Source: Meiothermus sp.
GTDB lineage: Bacteria > Deinococcota > Deinococci > Deinococcales > Thermaceae
Length of the DNA: 64,000 nucleotides
Assembly: GCA_033762915.1 (NCBI GenBank)
Contig: JANRLD010000026.1
Location: 32,001 to 96,000 of the forward strand
Direction of reading: 5' to 3'
Each line of letters begins with the position of its first letter. Within the stretch, counting starts at the first letter, position 1. The translations under genes were made by a program, and so were the position numbers. Of this stretch, positions 47,697 through 57,640 are shown in pieces. Below the pieces are notes generated by a model, which worked only from the letters and a program-made list of their open reading frames with translations, did not search any database and had not been told where the DNA came from.

Positions 47697-48885
47697 AGAC
47701 CCTCCGTTCTCTTAGGTGGGTGAGTATCGCCCACCCCCCAACCGCCAGGAAGCAACCTTTGGCGATCATCTGGACCAGGATGAGTTCCATGCCCGAACTG
47801 TGCCAGCCCATCATCAGCGCCGCCTGCAGGACCCCCGTCCCCAGTGCCCACCAGCCCAGCTGCCCCTTCCCCAGGGCCATGAAGTGGTTGGCGATCACGT
47901 TGGCCAGGGCGTACAGGGCCGTCATGGCCGCGTAGGGGGCCACCAGTGCCGCGGCCTCCAGGTAGTCCCCCCCGAACAGTACCCCCACCACCCAGCGCGG
48001 CGCCAGGGCGCAAACCCCCACAAAGCCCACGCTGACCGTCGCGACGCTCAGCAGGGCCATACCCAGCAGGGGCCAGTGGCTCCGGCCCTCGCTCTGGGCC
48101 CGGGCCACCATCGGGAACACTGCGGTCCCCACCGCCCAGGAGCCGTAGAACACGATGCGCCCGATCATCGCGACCGCTGCGTAGAGGCCCGCCTCGTGGG
48201 GCTCGAGCAGGGCCTTGGCCAGCAGCAGGTCGGCGTTCAAGATCAGGGCCTGGGCCAGCAGGTTGACCCCCACCGAGGCCGGGTAGCCCGACTCGGGCGT
48301 GACCGAGGGGCCAGAGGGCCGCAACTCGCCGCGCAGCAGCCACAGCGCCACCGCTACCCCGGCCAGGGTCGCGGCCACCGCCGCGCTCGAGCCGCCGAAC
48401 AGGGCCAGCGCCGGGAAGGTCAGTACGATCTTGGAGAGGTGCTCGGCCACCATGTTCAGCCCCAGCCGGCCCTGCTGCTCCTTACCCTGTACCTCGCCCC
48501 GCGCCGCCCCCAGCAGGGCGTAGACCGGCAGGAAGACCGCCAGTGCGGCGTACCAGGCCGCCGGCAGCGAGGTCAGGCGCTCGAGGGGGATGCTCAGGGC
48601 CAGCAGCCCCAGCCCCAGCCCGGTCCCGACTTTCAGGGCATGGGCGCGCGTGTAGGCCAGCGCGCCGCCGGCGGCCGTGTAGCGCGCGCCGAGCTGCTGC
48701 AGGGTCAGGGGCAGCACGGTCAGCACCAGGAAGAGCGAGGTGAACGCCGCGTAGCCCCCGTACTCGGCCGGCCCCAGCCACCGCCCCAGGATCAGGGCGT
48801 AGCCATAGTTAAGGAGGTTGACCACCACCATCGCCCCCATCAGCAGGGCGCTGGAGCGCAGGAAGTTGTTACGCGCCGTGCCCAT
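47683..48885 (-). CDS. Oligosaccharide flippase (Wzx/MOP-like)
   Basis: NLLNYGYALILGRWLGPAEYG; DLLLAK...EAGLYAA; about 12 TM segments. Confidence 0.8.
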   Translation of the reverse strand: MGTARNNFLRSSALLMGAMVVVNLLNYGYALILGRWLGPAEYGGYAAFTSLFLVLTVLPLTLQQLGARYTAAGGALAYTRAHALKVGTGLGLGLLALSIPLERLTSLPAAWYAALAVFLPVYALLGAARGEVQGKEQQGRLGLNMVAEHLSKIVLTFPALALFGGSSAAVAATLAGVAVALWLLRGELRPSGPSVTPESGYPASVGVNLLAQALILNADLLLAKALLEPHEAGLYAAVAMIGRIVFYGSWAVGTAVFPMVARAQSEGRSHWPLLGMALLSVATVSVGFVGVCALAPRWVVGVLFGGDYLEAAALVAPYAAMTALYALANVIANHFMALGKGQLGWWALGTGVLQAALMMGWHSSGMELILVQMIAKGCFLAVGGWAILTHLRERRVYVLR

Positions 48886-48889
48886 CGCG

Positions 48890-49951
48890 TCAGAGCAGTC
48901 CCACCAGCTGTGGGTCCTTGCGCAGGGCCTCGAGCACCTTCTTGATCTCCTGGCTGCGCTCCTTCTTGACGATCAATGTGACCGGGCCGTCGCGCACGAT
49001 CAGCACGTTGTCCAGACCCAGCGTCACGATGACCTCGTCGCCGGTGGTGTAGAGGATGGAGCCCTGGGTGTCGATGCTCACGTGCCGGGCCAGGGCCAGG
49101 TTGGACTCGGGGGCCCCGCTGCCCAGGAGGCGCTCGAGGGCGTTCCAATCCCCCAGGTCGTCCCAGCCGAAGTCGGCCGGAATCACGTAGGTCTTGTCGG
49201 TGTGCTCCATCACTGCGTAGTCCAGGCTGCGCTTGGGCAGCTCAGGGTAGGCGTCGCGGCCCCTGGCTTGCAGCAGGCTCAGGATTTCCGGGGCGTAGCG
49301 CTCGAACTCGGCTAGCATCACCCCGGCCCGGAATACGAAGATGCCCCCGTTCCACCAGTACCCCCCCTCCCTCAGGTAGGCCTCGGCGGTGGCCTGGTTG
49401 GGCTTTTCGGCGAAGCGCAGGACCTTGTAGGTCTCGTACCCGTTGCTCAGGCCGGCCTCGGCGCCCTGCTGGATATAGCCATAGCCGGTCGAGGGGAAGG
49501 TCGGCTGGATCCCCAGGGTGACGATGGCCTCGTGCTCCCGAGCGAAGTCCGCTGCGGCCCCTATGGCGGCGCGGAAGCCGTCCTCGTCGGCGATGTAGTG
49601 GTCGGCTGGGAAGATCCCCACCGTGACCTCGGGGCCGTACATCTGCTGGGCCAGCAGGGTGGCGTAGGCCACGGCGGCCGCGGTGTCGCGCGGCTCCGGC
49701 TCAACCAGCAGGTTTTCGGCCGGCAGGGGGGGCAGGTGCTCTCCGATCCCCTCGAGCAGATTGAAGGTGGTGAGCACCCACAGGTGCTCCCAGCCCCCCA
49801 CCAGGGGCATCAGCCGGTCGGTGGTGGCCCGGATCAGGCTGCGTCCGTCGGGTAGAAGCTTCAGGAACTGCTTGGGCCGATCCAGGCGGGATAGGGGCCA
49901 GAAGCGCTCTCCCTTGCCTCCGGCCAGGATAATAGGGACAAACCTCGACAT
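48890..49951 (-). CDS. manC: Mannose-1-phosphate guanylyltransferase
   Basis: ILAGGKGERFWPLSR..RPKQF, EPEPRDTA, PADH, TGYGYI, FAEKP, SLDYAVME, GWDDLGDW. Confidence 0.92.
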   Translation of the reverse strand: MSRFVPIILAGGKGERFWPLSRLDRPKQFLKLLPDGRSLIRATTDRLMPLVGGWEHLWVLTTFNLLEGIGEHLPPLPAENLLVEPEPRDTAAAVAYATLLAQQMYGPEVTVGIFPADHYIADEDGFRAAIGAAADFAREHEAIVTLGIQPTFPSTGYGYIQQGAEAGLSNGYETYKVLRFAEKPNQATAEAYLREGGYWWNGGIFVFRAGVMLAEFERYAPEILSLLQARGRDAYPELPKRSLDYAVMEHTDKTYVIPADFGWDDLGDWNALERLLGSGAPESNLALARHVSIDTQGSILYTTGDEVIVTLGLDNVLIVRDGPVTLIVKKERSQEIKKVLEALRKDPQLVGLL

Positions 49952-50032
49952 GCCTGCATGGTAGGGCGCGGGCGGTGAGATTACGGTTTTTTTGACCGTT
50001 ATTTAGCAGGGGCAGGTTTTACCTTGGAGACT

Positions 50033-53000
50033 ATGCTTGGCCGATCCCGCACGACCGAACAGGTGCTCGAGAAAATCACCCAGTTTCACGAGGCCCTGTT
50101 GATCGAGCCCGGCCTAAGGCCCATGCTGCGCAACCTGCTTAACGTGGCCATCCGGGGCCTGGGGGTCGAGCGGGCGGCGGTGTTCTTGTACCACGCCGAC
50201 GACGACGAGCTGCGTGGGGAGGTGGGCACCGGGCAGGGCTCCAGCCATACCGTCTCGACCATCTCGGTGCCGCTGAGCCTCTCCGGCCCCATCCAGCAAG
50301 CCTTCTTTGGGCCCCGGGAGGGACTTGAGCTCGAGGACGAGCTTCTCATCCCCATCTATAGCAGCCCGGCCCCGGCCGAGGGGAGCCCCTTCTGCTGGAG
50401 CAACCCCGGCGCCCTCTGCAACCTCAATCCGCGCGTCGCTGGTTCTGAGCGTGCGGCCCGCTGCCCCGCCTGCCGCCACTTCGGCGGGGTCGTGGTGCTG
50501 GTGTTGCAGGGTTTCAACCCCGACCCCCAGACCCGGCAACTGCTGCCCGTGCTGGCCCGCATGGTGTCGTTGGCGCTGCGCAATGCCCAGATGTACGACA
50601 CTGCCCTCGACCACACCGCCAGGCTCTCCCAGCACACCCGCACCCTGGAGCTGGTCAACCGGATCTCCGGTACCCTGGTGGGCAACCTCGAGTTCAGACA
50701 GCTGTTGGAGGCCCTGGCCTGGGGTCTGTACCGCGACATGGGGTTCTACCGGGCTACCATCACGCTCAACCGGGGGGGCGTCCTCGAGGGCGTGCTCACC
50801 ATCAAGGGCGGGCAGCTGTTCTGGACCGAGGGGTACAGCCGGGTCCAGTTCAAGATTCAAGACTCCGAAGACCCCTTTGCGCGGGCGGCCCGGGAGCGGC
50901 GGCCGCTGGTGGCCCGCCAGGCCCTGCCCCCCGAGGCCAGGACCTGCCAGATGGGCTTCGTCCCCATCCTCACCGAGGACGAGGTGCTGGGGGTGCTGGC
51001 GCTGGACCACGGCGACAGCTCGGCCGAGATCACCGACGAAGACCTCCGCTACGTCCAGCTGATGAGCCACGTGGCCGGTGTGGCCCTCAAGAACGCCTTC
51101 GCCTTCGAGGAGCGCGAGCGGGCCAACCGGGCCCTCAGCCTCGAGCGCCAGAAGCTGCACCATGCCCTCGAACTGCTGGGCGACGCGGTGATCGTGCTCG
51201 AGGGGCCTCAGGGCTTCGCCAACCGCAAGGCACAGGAGATCCTGGGGCTGGGCCAGCAGGTCAGCCTGCAGACCCTCCCCCCGGCCCTGCGCCCCGCGCT
51301 GGAGGGCAAGCCCCTGGAGTACTCCGCCGAGGGCCGCACCTTCTCGGCCCTGGGCACCCGCGACGGCCAGCTCTCGGTGCTGATCCTCCACGAGATCACT
51401 GCCATCCGCAAGGCCCAGCGCGGCCTCGAGGCCCAGAGCCGCTTCCTGGGGCTGCTGGCCAACATTACCCGCCAGGCCCTCGAGAGCCCCGACACCGCCC
51501 ACCTCCTAAGCACCCTGTCGGCCCGCCTGACCGAGCTGTTCTCGGCCCACCAGGTCTACATCACCTTCTGGGACAGCTCCAAGCAGTCCTCGGTGCCGGT
51601 CTGGGCCAGCGGCTTCTCCGCCCAGGCTTACGCCAACTACCACACCGTGCCCGGCCAGCGCTCTTTCACCGAGTCGGCCCTGCGCCTGGGGCGGGTGCTG
51701 GCGGTCGAGGACGTCCGCACCACCGAGTACGCCGACTCCCAGGTGACCGGCGCGTTCCCCTCGGCCGCGGTGCTGGTGCTGCCGTTGATCGCCAAGTCGC
51801 GCTGGCTGGGCGCGGCCATCCTGGGGTACAACCAGGTCCGGACCTTCTCCCAGAGCCAGCTCACCCAGGCCGAGCAGGCCGCCCCGTTGCTGGCCCTGGC
51901 CCTGCTCAAGACCCGCCTGCTCGAGGAGATTGAGCGCCGAGAGCGGCGCCTGAAGGCCCTGCTGGAGAACAACCAGGACGTGGTCTGTGTGGCCTCGGCC
52001 CGGGGGGTTTTGCAGTACGTAAGCCCCAACGTGCACAAGGTGTTCGGCTTCGACCCCGAGAACCACAACCGGGCGGAGGTCAGCGGCCTCGACTTCTTCC
52101 ACCCCGGCGACCGCCTCGAGGCCCAGGCTCTGCTGGAGCAGGTGATCGCCCAGCCCAACGGCACCCGGGCCTCCGAGCTGCGCATTGTCGACGCCCAGGG
52201 GGTCGTCCGTCACGTCGACGTCTGGGCCCGCAACCTGCTGGACGACCCCGACGTGGCCGGGGTGGCCTTCACCCTGCGGGACATCAGCGAGCGCCACCGG
52301 GCCCAGAACGCGCTGCGGGAGAGCGAGGCCCGGGTTCGGGCCATCCTGCAGGCCCTGCCCGACACGCTGTTCGTCTTCGGCACCGACGGGGTACTGCTGA
52401 CCTTCCAGGGTCGGCGCGACCGGCTGCTGCCCGCTGGCCAGCAGCTGCTGGGCCGGCACATCCGCCAGATCTTCCCGGAGTCGGTGGCCGAGCCCGTCGA
52501 GGTTGCCCTGCGCGCGGTCGTGGCAAGCGGGGAGATGCACAACGTGGAGCTGGGCCTCGAGGCCGAGGGCGGCCGCCAGGACTACGAGGTCCGGCTGGCC
52601 CGAATCGGCGACGGGCAGATCCTGGCGGTGCTGCGCGACATCACCGAGCAGAAGCAGCTTGAGCGCATGAAGCGCGACTTCGTGTCGGCGGTCTCCCACG
52701 AGCTGCGCACCCCGCTGATGGGCATCCTGGGCTTTGCCGAGCTGCTGATCGAGGACCTAAAGCCCAACCCGGTCTCCCTGGAGTTCGCCCAGCTGATCCG
52801 CGAGAGCGGCCTGCGGCTGAAGAACATGGTGGACAACCTGCTGGACACCAGCCGCCTCGAGGAGGGCTGGTTCGAGGTCAACCGGCGCCAAGTAGACCTC
52901 AGCCCGACCCTGCGCGAGGTGGCCGAGGCCTTTCTGGGGGTGGCCCAGCTGGACGGGATCAGCCTCGAGATCGAGCTCGAGCCCCTCCCGGTTCTGGCCG

Positions 53001-53341
53001 CCGACCCCGACCGCATCGGGCAGGTTGTGGGCAACCTGCTGTCCAACGCCTTTAAATTCACCCCCAGGGGGGGGCGCATCCTGATGCGGGGCTGGGCCGG
53101 GCCGGGGTGGCTGATGGTCGAGGTGCGCGACAGTGGGCCGGGCATCCCCGAAGAGCAGAGGGAGCGCCTGTTCCAGCGCTACGGCCGGACCCACACCGCC
53201 CTGGAGCGTGGCATGCGCGGCACCGGCCTGGGCCTCTACATCTCCAAGGCCATCGTCGAGGTCCACGAGGGCCGCATCGAGATCGACTCCCGGCCGGGGC
53301 AGGGGGCCTGCTTCAGGGTCTGCCTGCCGGTCCCGGATTGA
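50033..53341 (+). CDS. Cytoplasmic multi-GAF/PAS sensor histidine kinase
   Basis: Three GAF-like and 2-3 PAS-like segments; VSHELRTPL, NLLSNAFKFT, DSGPGI, GTGLGL; ATG 50033 preferred over TTG 50024. Confidence 0.9.
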   Translation: MLGRSRTTEQVLEKITQFHEALLIEPGLRPMLRNLLNVAIRGLGVERAAVFLYHADDDELRGEVGTGQGSSHTVSTISVPLSLSGPIQQAFFGPREGLELEDELLIPIYSSPAPAEGSPFCWSNPGALCNLNPRVAGSERAARCPACRHFGGVVVLVLQGFNPDPQTRQLLPVLARMVSLALRNAQMYDTALDHTARLSQHTRTLELVNRISGTLVGNLEFRQLLEALAWGLYRDMGFYRATITLNRGGVLEGVLTIKGGQLFWTEGYSRVQFKIQDSEDPFARAARERRPLVARQALPPEARTCQMGFVPILTEDEVLGVLALDHGDSSAEITDEDLRYVQLMSHVAGVALKNAFAFEERERANRALSLERQKLHHALELLGDAVIVLEGPQGFANRKAQEILGLGQQVSLQTLPPALRPALEGKPLEYSAEGRTFSALGTRDGQLSVLILHEITAIRKAQRGLEAQSRFLGLLANITRQALESPDTAHLLSTLSARLTELFSAHQVYITFWDSSKQSSVPVWASGFSAQAYANYHTVPGQRSFTESALRLGRVLAVEDVRTTEYADSQVTGAFPSAAVLVLPLIAKSRWLGAAILGYNQVRTFSQSQLTQAEQAAPLLALALLKTRLLEEIERRERRLKALLENNQDVVCVASARGVLQYVSPNVHKVFGFDPENHNRAEVSGLDFFHPGDRLEAQALLEQVIAQPNGTRASELRIVDAQGVVRHVDVWARNLLDDPDVAGVAFTLRDISERHRAQNALRESEARVRAILQALPDTLFVFGTDGVLLTFQGRRDRLLPAGQQLLGRHIRQIFPESVAEPVEVALRAVVASGEMHNVELGLEAEGGRQDYEVRLARIGDGQILAVLRDITEQKQLERMKRDFVSAVSHELRTPLMGILGFAELLIEDLKPNPVSLEFAQLIRESGLRLKNMVDNLLDTSRLEEGWFEVNRRQVDLSPTLREVAEAFLGVAQLDGISLEIELEPLPVLAADPDRIGQVVGNLLSNAFKFTPRGGRILMRGWAGPGWLMVEVRDSGPGIPEEQRERLFQRYGRTHTALERGMRGTGLGLYISKAIVEVHEGRIEIDSRPGQGACFRVCLPVPD

Positions 53342-53353
53342 AGCGGCGCACCC

Positions 53354-54547
53354 TCACCTACGCTCCACGCTCAGGGCCTGCTGCTGGGCCCGTTCCAGGG
53401 CCTGCCTGGCGTTCTGCCCGCCCTGGATGGCGGCCTCGAGGCTCCTCTCGAGGGCGTCGTACCAGATCGTGGCTTCGGGATCGGAGATCCAGCGCTGGGC
53501 GTCGGGGATCTGGCTGAGGGCCACCCGACGGCGGGGGTCCTGGGCGTAGAAGGGCTCGAGCAGTGGCAGGGCGTTGCGGCGCATCGGCAGGGCGTAGGTC
53601 TCGCGCACCCAGCGGTTGATGTTGGCGGGCTCCATCATGTAGCGCCAGAAGGCCACCACCCCGCGTGCCTGGGCCTCGCTGGCCCCGCGGATCGCGGTGA
53701 GGGTGCCGCCGCCCAGGGGCACCTTGCCGCCCTCCACGCGGGGCATGGGGGCCACGCCCAGGCGGAAGGGGATGTTGGCCCGATCCACCACGGTGGGCCA
53801 GAGGGTGATGGGCGCGACCACCATCATGGCCTTGGTGCGGAGGAAGTCCACGATAGAGAACTGCAACTGGTCAATTGGGCGGCTCTGCGCCCAGCCCCGC
53901 TGCACCAGGGTCTGAAGGTACTCCAGCGCCGCCACCACCTTGGGTTCGGTGAAACTGGGCTTGCCGTCGGGGCCAATGATGCTGCCGCCCCAACTCATCA
54001 CCAGGGCGCTGAAGCTGTAGATGTCGGAGGAGAGGATGTAGCCCCGCGCCGCCCGGCTGGTCAGCCGCTGGGCGGCGTTGGCCACGTCCTCCCAGGTGCG
54101 GGGGGGGTTGAGCCCCCGGGCACCGAACTGGTCGGCGTTGTAGAAGAAGACTGGGACCTGAAGCTCGACCGGTAAGGCCAAGGTGCGGCCCCGGAACTTC
54201 CCCACCTCCATCAGGTTGCCGTAGAGGTCGTCGGGCAGGCTGCCCAGGTAGGGGTCGAGGGGCACCGACAGGTTGTCGGCGAAGCTGCGGGCCACGAAGG
54301 AGACCTCGGCGTAGTACATGGCGGGCTGAGAGCCTGCGCGCAGCGCCGCCGCCAGCCGCACCCCGCCCTCGCGGATGTCGCCCACGTAGCGGGCCTCGAT
54401 GCGGTAGTCGCGCTGGCGGGCGTTGAACTCCGCGACAAAGGTCTCCATCAGATCCCGTCCTGGCGGATCCATGGTGTGCCAGAAAGGAATCACCGTTTGG
54501 GCCACCCCGAGGCCCAGCCCTACCATCAATGCCAGAAGTCTTCGCAT
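53354..54547 (-). CDS. ABC transporter sugar/glycerol-phosphate-type substrate-binding protein
   Basis: Signal peptide; IPFWHTM, FFYNAD, PPRTWEDV, LGVAPMP, LGGG. Confidence 0.85.
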   Translation of the reverse strand: MRRLLALMVGLGLGVAQTVIPFWHTMDPPGRDLMETFVAEFNARQRDYRIEARYVGDIREGGVRLAAALRAGSQPAMYYAEVSFVARSFADNLSVPLDPYLGSLPDDLYGNLMEVGKFRGRTLALPVELQVPVFFYNADQFGARGLNPPRTWEDVANAAQRLTSRAARGYILSSDIYSFSALVMSWGGSIIGPDGKPSFTEPKVVAALEYLQTLVQRGWAQSRPIDQLQFSIVDFLRTKAMMVVAPITLWPTVVDRANIPFRLGVAPMPRVEGGKVPLGGGTLTAIRGASEAQARGVVAFWRYMMEPANINRWVRETYALPMRRNALPLLEPFYAQDPRRRVALSQIPDAQRWISDPEATIWYDALERSLEAAIQGGQNARQALERAQQQALSVERR

Positions 54548-54619
54548 AGATTCGCAGTTACCTCATACCAGAAGGTAGCACGTTTGTGTAAATCGTACAT
54601 GTAGAGCGGCTGAACCGCC

Positions 54620-55504
54620 CTACATGCCACCCTGGGCCGCCCTGGGCCGTACCACTCCGCTCACCAGGGCCACGCTCAGCAGGATCAGGGCCATGCCCGC
54701 CGCGATGCTCCAGGTGAAGGGCTCGCGCAGGAACACCACCCCGAACAGCACCCCGAACATCGGAACCAGGAAGCCCACGCTCGAGGCCTGCAACGGCCCT
54801 ACCTGCTCGATCAGGTAGAAGTACAGCAGGTTGGCCATGGCTGTCGCTAGGACGGTGATGCCCAGCAGGGCCAGCCAAGCCTCGAGGGGCGGGGGCTGGC
54901 TGGGCAGGGTGAAGGCGCTCGGCGGCACGAACAGCGCCGCGCCCATCAGGAGCTGCCCCGTCACGATGCCCAGCAGCGGCGCGCCGTCGCTGGCCCGTTT
55001 GGTGTAGACGTTGCTGAAGGCGAAGCAGACCGAGGCCAACAGCATGGCCGCGATGCCCAGCCAGGCCTCGAGGGTCAGGGGCACCGGGCTCCACCCCACC
55101 AGCACCACCACCCCCAGGAGTCCCACCGCCATGCCCGCCAGCCGCACCGGCGTGAGCCGCTCGCCCAGTATCCACAGCGCCAGCAGCGCCGACAGCGGCA
55201 CCGTGGTGGAGTTGATGATGGTGGCAAAAGAGGCCCCGATGTGCTGCACCGAGTAGGCGATCATGGCGAAGGGGATGGCGGCGTTGGTCGCCCCCAGCAC
55301 CAGGTACAGCTTCCAGTGCTTGCGCCACTCGAGGCCCCGCCCCAGCCAGGCCGCCCAGCCCAGCAGCAACAGACCCGCCAGCAGCAGGCGCATCTCTACC
55401 AGCACGATGGGGCCGAAGTAAGGGGCGGCGACGCGGTTGAGGGCGAAGCCCCCACCCCAGATGATGCTGGCGCTGAGCAGGGCGGCGATGTGTATGGGCT
55501 GCAT
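54620..55504 (-). CDS. DMT/EamA family transporter
   Basis: IIWGGGF, NAAIPF, LGERLT, VFLREP; 10 TM segments. Confidence 0.88.
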   Translation of the reverse strand: MQPIHIAALLSASIIWGGGFALNRVAAPYFGPIVLVEMRLLLAGLLLLGWAAWLGRGLEWRKHWKLYLVLGATNAAIPFAMIAYSVQHIGASFATIINSTTVPLSALLALWILGERLTPVRLAGMAVGLLGVVVLVGWSPVPLTLEAWLGIAAMLLASVCFAFSNVYTKRASDGAPLLGIVTGQLLMGAALFVPPSAFTLPSQPPPLEAWLALLGITVLATAMANLLYFYLIEQVGPLQASSVGFLVPMFGVLFGVVFLREPFTWSIAAGMALILLSVALVSGVVRPRAAQGGM

Positions 55505-55729
55505 AAGCGCCAAAGCTTACCACTCTGGACGACGGCCCGTCCGCGCGGCCGAGGGTTGGGGTCAAATCTCAACCCCCGGCACCCCCTACATTCTGTCACC
55601 GCAAGGGCGGTGGGCCTCTATTGGCCCTACCCCCTTTGTCTTAGTCCCTCATTTGCCCCTAGGGTAATCAGCTAAAATGATGCTACAGACTACCCTTAGC
55701 CTGTCGTGCTTTGCGCACCTGGAGATGCT

Positions 55730-57547
55730 ATGAGTGTTTTGGAACCCGCCCAGCGGTCGCCGCTTCCGTCCGTCGTTAATGATTTTTCCCTGGTCGTCGC
55801 CACCGCCAACGGCACCGGAAGTCAGACCGCCAACCTCACGTTGTTGCGGTCTTTTTTTAAGCTCGGCATTCCGGTCCACGGCAAGAACATCTTCCCCTCC
55901 AACATTCAGGGTCTGCCCACCTGGTATCACATCCGGGTGAGCCACGAGGGCTACATCGCCCGGCTGCCCTCGGAAATCCTGGTGGCCTACAACCCTGCCA
56001 CCGCCGCCGAAGACATCCACAACCTCCCGGCGGGCGGGGTCTGCGTGGTCAGCGAGGAGATTAAGGGCATTCCCCAGCGCGCCGACATCACCTACTACAA
56101 GGTTCCCACCCAGGCCCTGATGGCCGGGGTGGATGTGCCGGTCAAGCGCAAGCCCTACATCGCCAACATGGTCTACGTGGGCGTGGTGGCCTGGATGCTC
56201 GAGATCCCCCTGGAGGTCATCGAAGAGGCCCTGGCCGCGCAGTTTGGCTACCGCCAGAAGCTGGTCGAGACCAACCTCCAGGTGGTCTTTAAGGCCCACG
56301 CCTGGGCCACCGAGAACCTCAAGAAGCAAGACCCCTACCGCGTCGTCCCGATGGACCGCACCGAGGGCCTGATCGTGATGACGGGCAACGAGGCGGGGGC
56401 GCTGGGCGCGGTGTTCGGCGGGGTCAGTGTGGCGGCCTGGTATCCCATCACCCCCTCTACCAGCTTCATGGACGCGCTGCGCGAGTTCCTGCCCCGGCTG
56501 CGCAAGGACGAGGGCGGCAGCCCCACCTACAGCGTGGTGCAGGCCGAGGACGAGCTGGCCGCTATCGGGATGGTGCTGGGCGCGGGCTGGGCGGGGGCCA
56601 GGGCGCTCACCTCCACCAGTGGCCCGGGCGTCAGCCTGATGGGCGAGTTCGTCGGCTACGGCTACTTCACCGAGATCCCGGCGGTGATCTGGGACATCCA
56701 GCGGGTCGGTCCCAGCACCGGCCTGCCCACCCGTACCTGCCAGGGCGACTTGACCTTCGCCTACTATCTGGGCCACGGCGACACCAAGCACCCCATTTTG
56801 CTGCCGTCTTCCATCGAGGAGTGCTTCGAGTTCGGCTGGAAGTCGCTTGACTTGGCCGACCAGCTCCAGACCCCGGTCTTCGTGCTCTCCGACCTGGACC
56901 TGGGCATGAACAACTGGATGGGCAAGCCCTTCGACTACCCCGACCGCCCAATCCAGCGCGGCAAGGTGCTGACGGCCGAGCAGCTCGAGGCCCAGGGCGG
57001 TTTCGCCCGCTACAAGGACGTGGACGGCGACGGCATCCCCTACCGTACCCTGCCCGGCACCAACCACCCCAAGGCAGCCTATTTCACCCGTGGCTCGGGC
57101 CACAACGAGAACGCCCAGTACAGCGAGCGGTCGGAGGACTGGGAGCGCAACATGGATCGGCTGGCCCGCAAGTTCGAGACCGCCCGCACCTTGGTGCCCG
57201 CCCCCGCCGCCGAGCTGAACCCCTCGGCCAAGGTGGGCATCATCGCCTACGGCACCACCCGCTACGCCATCGAGGAGGCTCGAGACCGCCTGGCCCAGAG
57301 CCTCCCCACCAGCTTCCTGCGTCTGCGGGCGCTGCCCATCAACGACGAGGTGCGCCGCTTTGTGGAGGCCCATGAGCGGGTCTACGTGATCGAGCTCAAC
57401 CGCGACGGCCAGATGTACGGCATCCTGCAGACCGAACTCCCCGACCTCGCCACCAAGCTCCACTCCATCGCCCACCTCGACGGCCTGCCCCTCACCGCCC
57501 AGTGGGTGCAGGAGCGGCTGCTGAGGGAGGAGGGCGACAAGGGTTAG
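55730..57547 (+). CDS. korA: 2-oxoacid:ferredoxin oxidoreductase alpha subunit
   Basis: ATANGTGSQTAN, GNEA, YPITPSTS, QAEDELAA, TSTSGPG, QRVGPSTGLPT; ATG 55730 after GGAG. Confidence 0.9.
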   Translation: MSVLEPAQRSPLPSVVNDFSLVVATANGTGSQTANLTLLRSFFKLGIPVHGKNIFPSNIQGLPTWYHIRVSHEGYIARLPSEILVAYNPATAAEDIHNLPAGGVCVVSEEIKGIPQRADITYYKVPTQALMAGVDVPVKRKPYIANMVYVGVVAWMLEIPLEVIEEALAAQFGYRQKLVETNLQVVFKAHAWATENLKKQDPYRVVPMDRTEGLIVMTGNEAGALGAVFGGVSVAAWYPITPSTSFMDALREFLPRLRKDEGGSPTYSVVQAEDELAAIGMVLGAGWAGARALTSTSGPGVSLMGEFVGYGYFTEIPAVIWDIQRVGPSTGLPTRTCQGDLTFAYYLGHGDTKHPILLPSSIEECFEFGWKSLDLADQLQTPVFVLSDLDLGMNNWMGKPFDYPDRPIQRGKVLTAEQLEAQGGFARYKDVDGDGIPYRTLPGTNHPKAAYFTRGSGHNENAQYSERSEDWERNMDRLARKFETARTLVPAPAAELNPSAKVGIIAYGTTRYAIEEARDRLAQSLPTSFLRLRALPINDEVRRFVEAHERVYVIELNRDGQMYGILQTELPDLATKLHSIAHLDGLPLTAQWVQERLLREEGDKG

Positions 57548-57640
57548 GCCGTTCGTAGGGGCCGTCCCTTGTGGCGGCTCTCCCGCTCCGCGTTGTTCTA
57601 CCCTCTGCGATGTGCCCTCTGACCACTCAAAGGAACCCCA

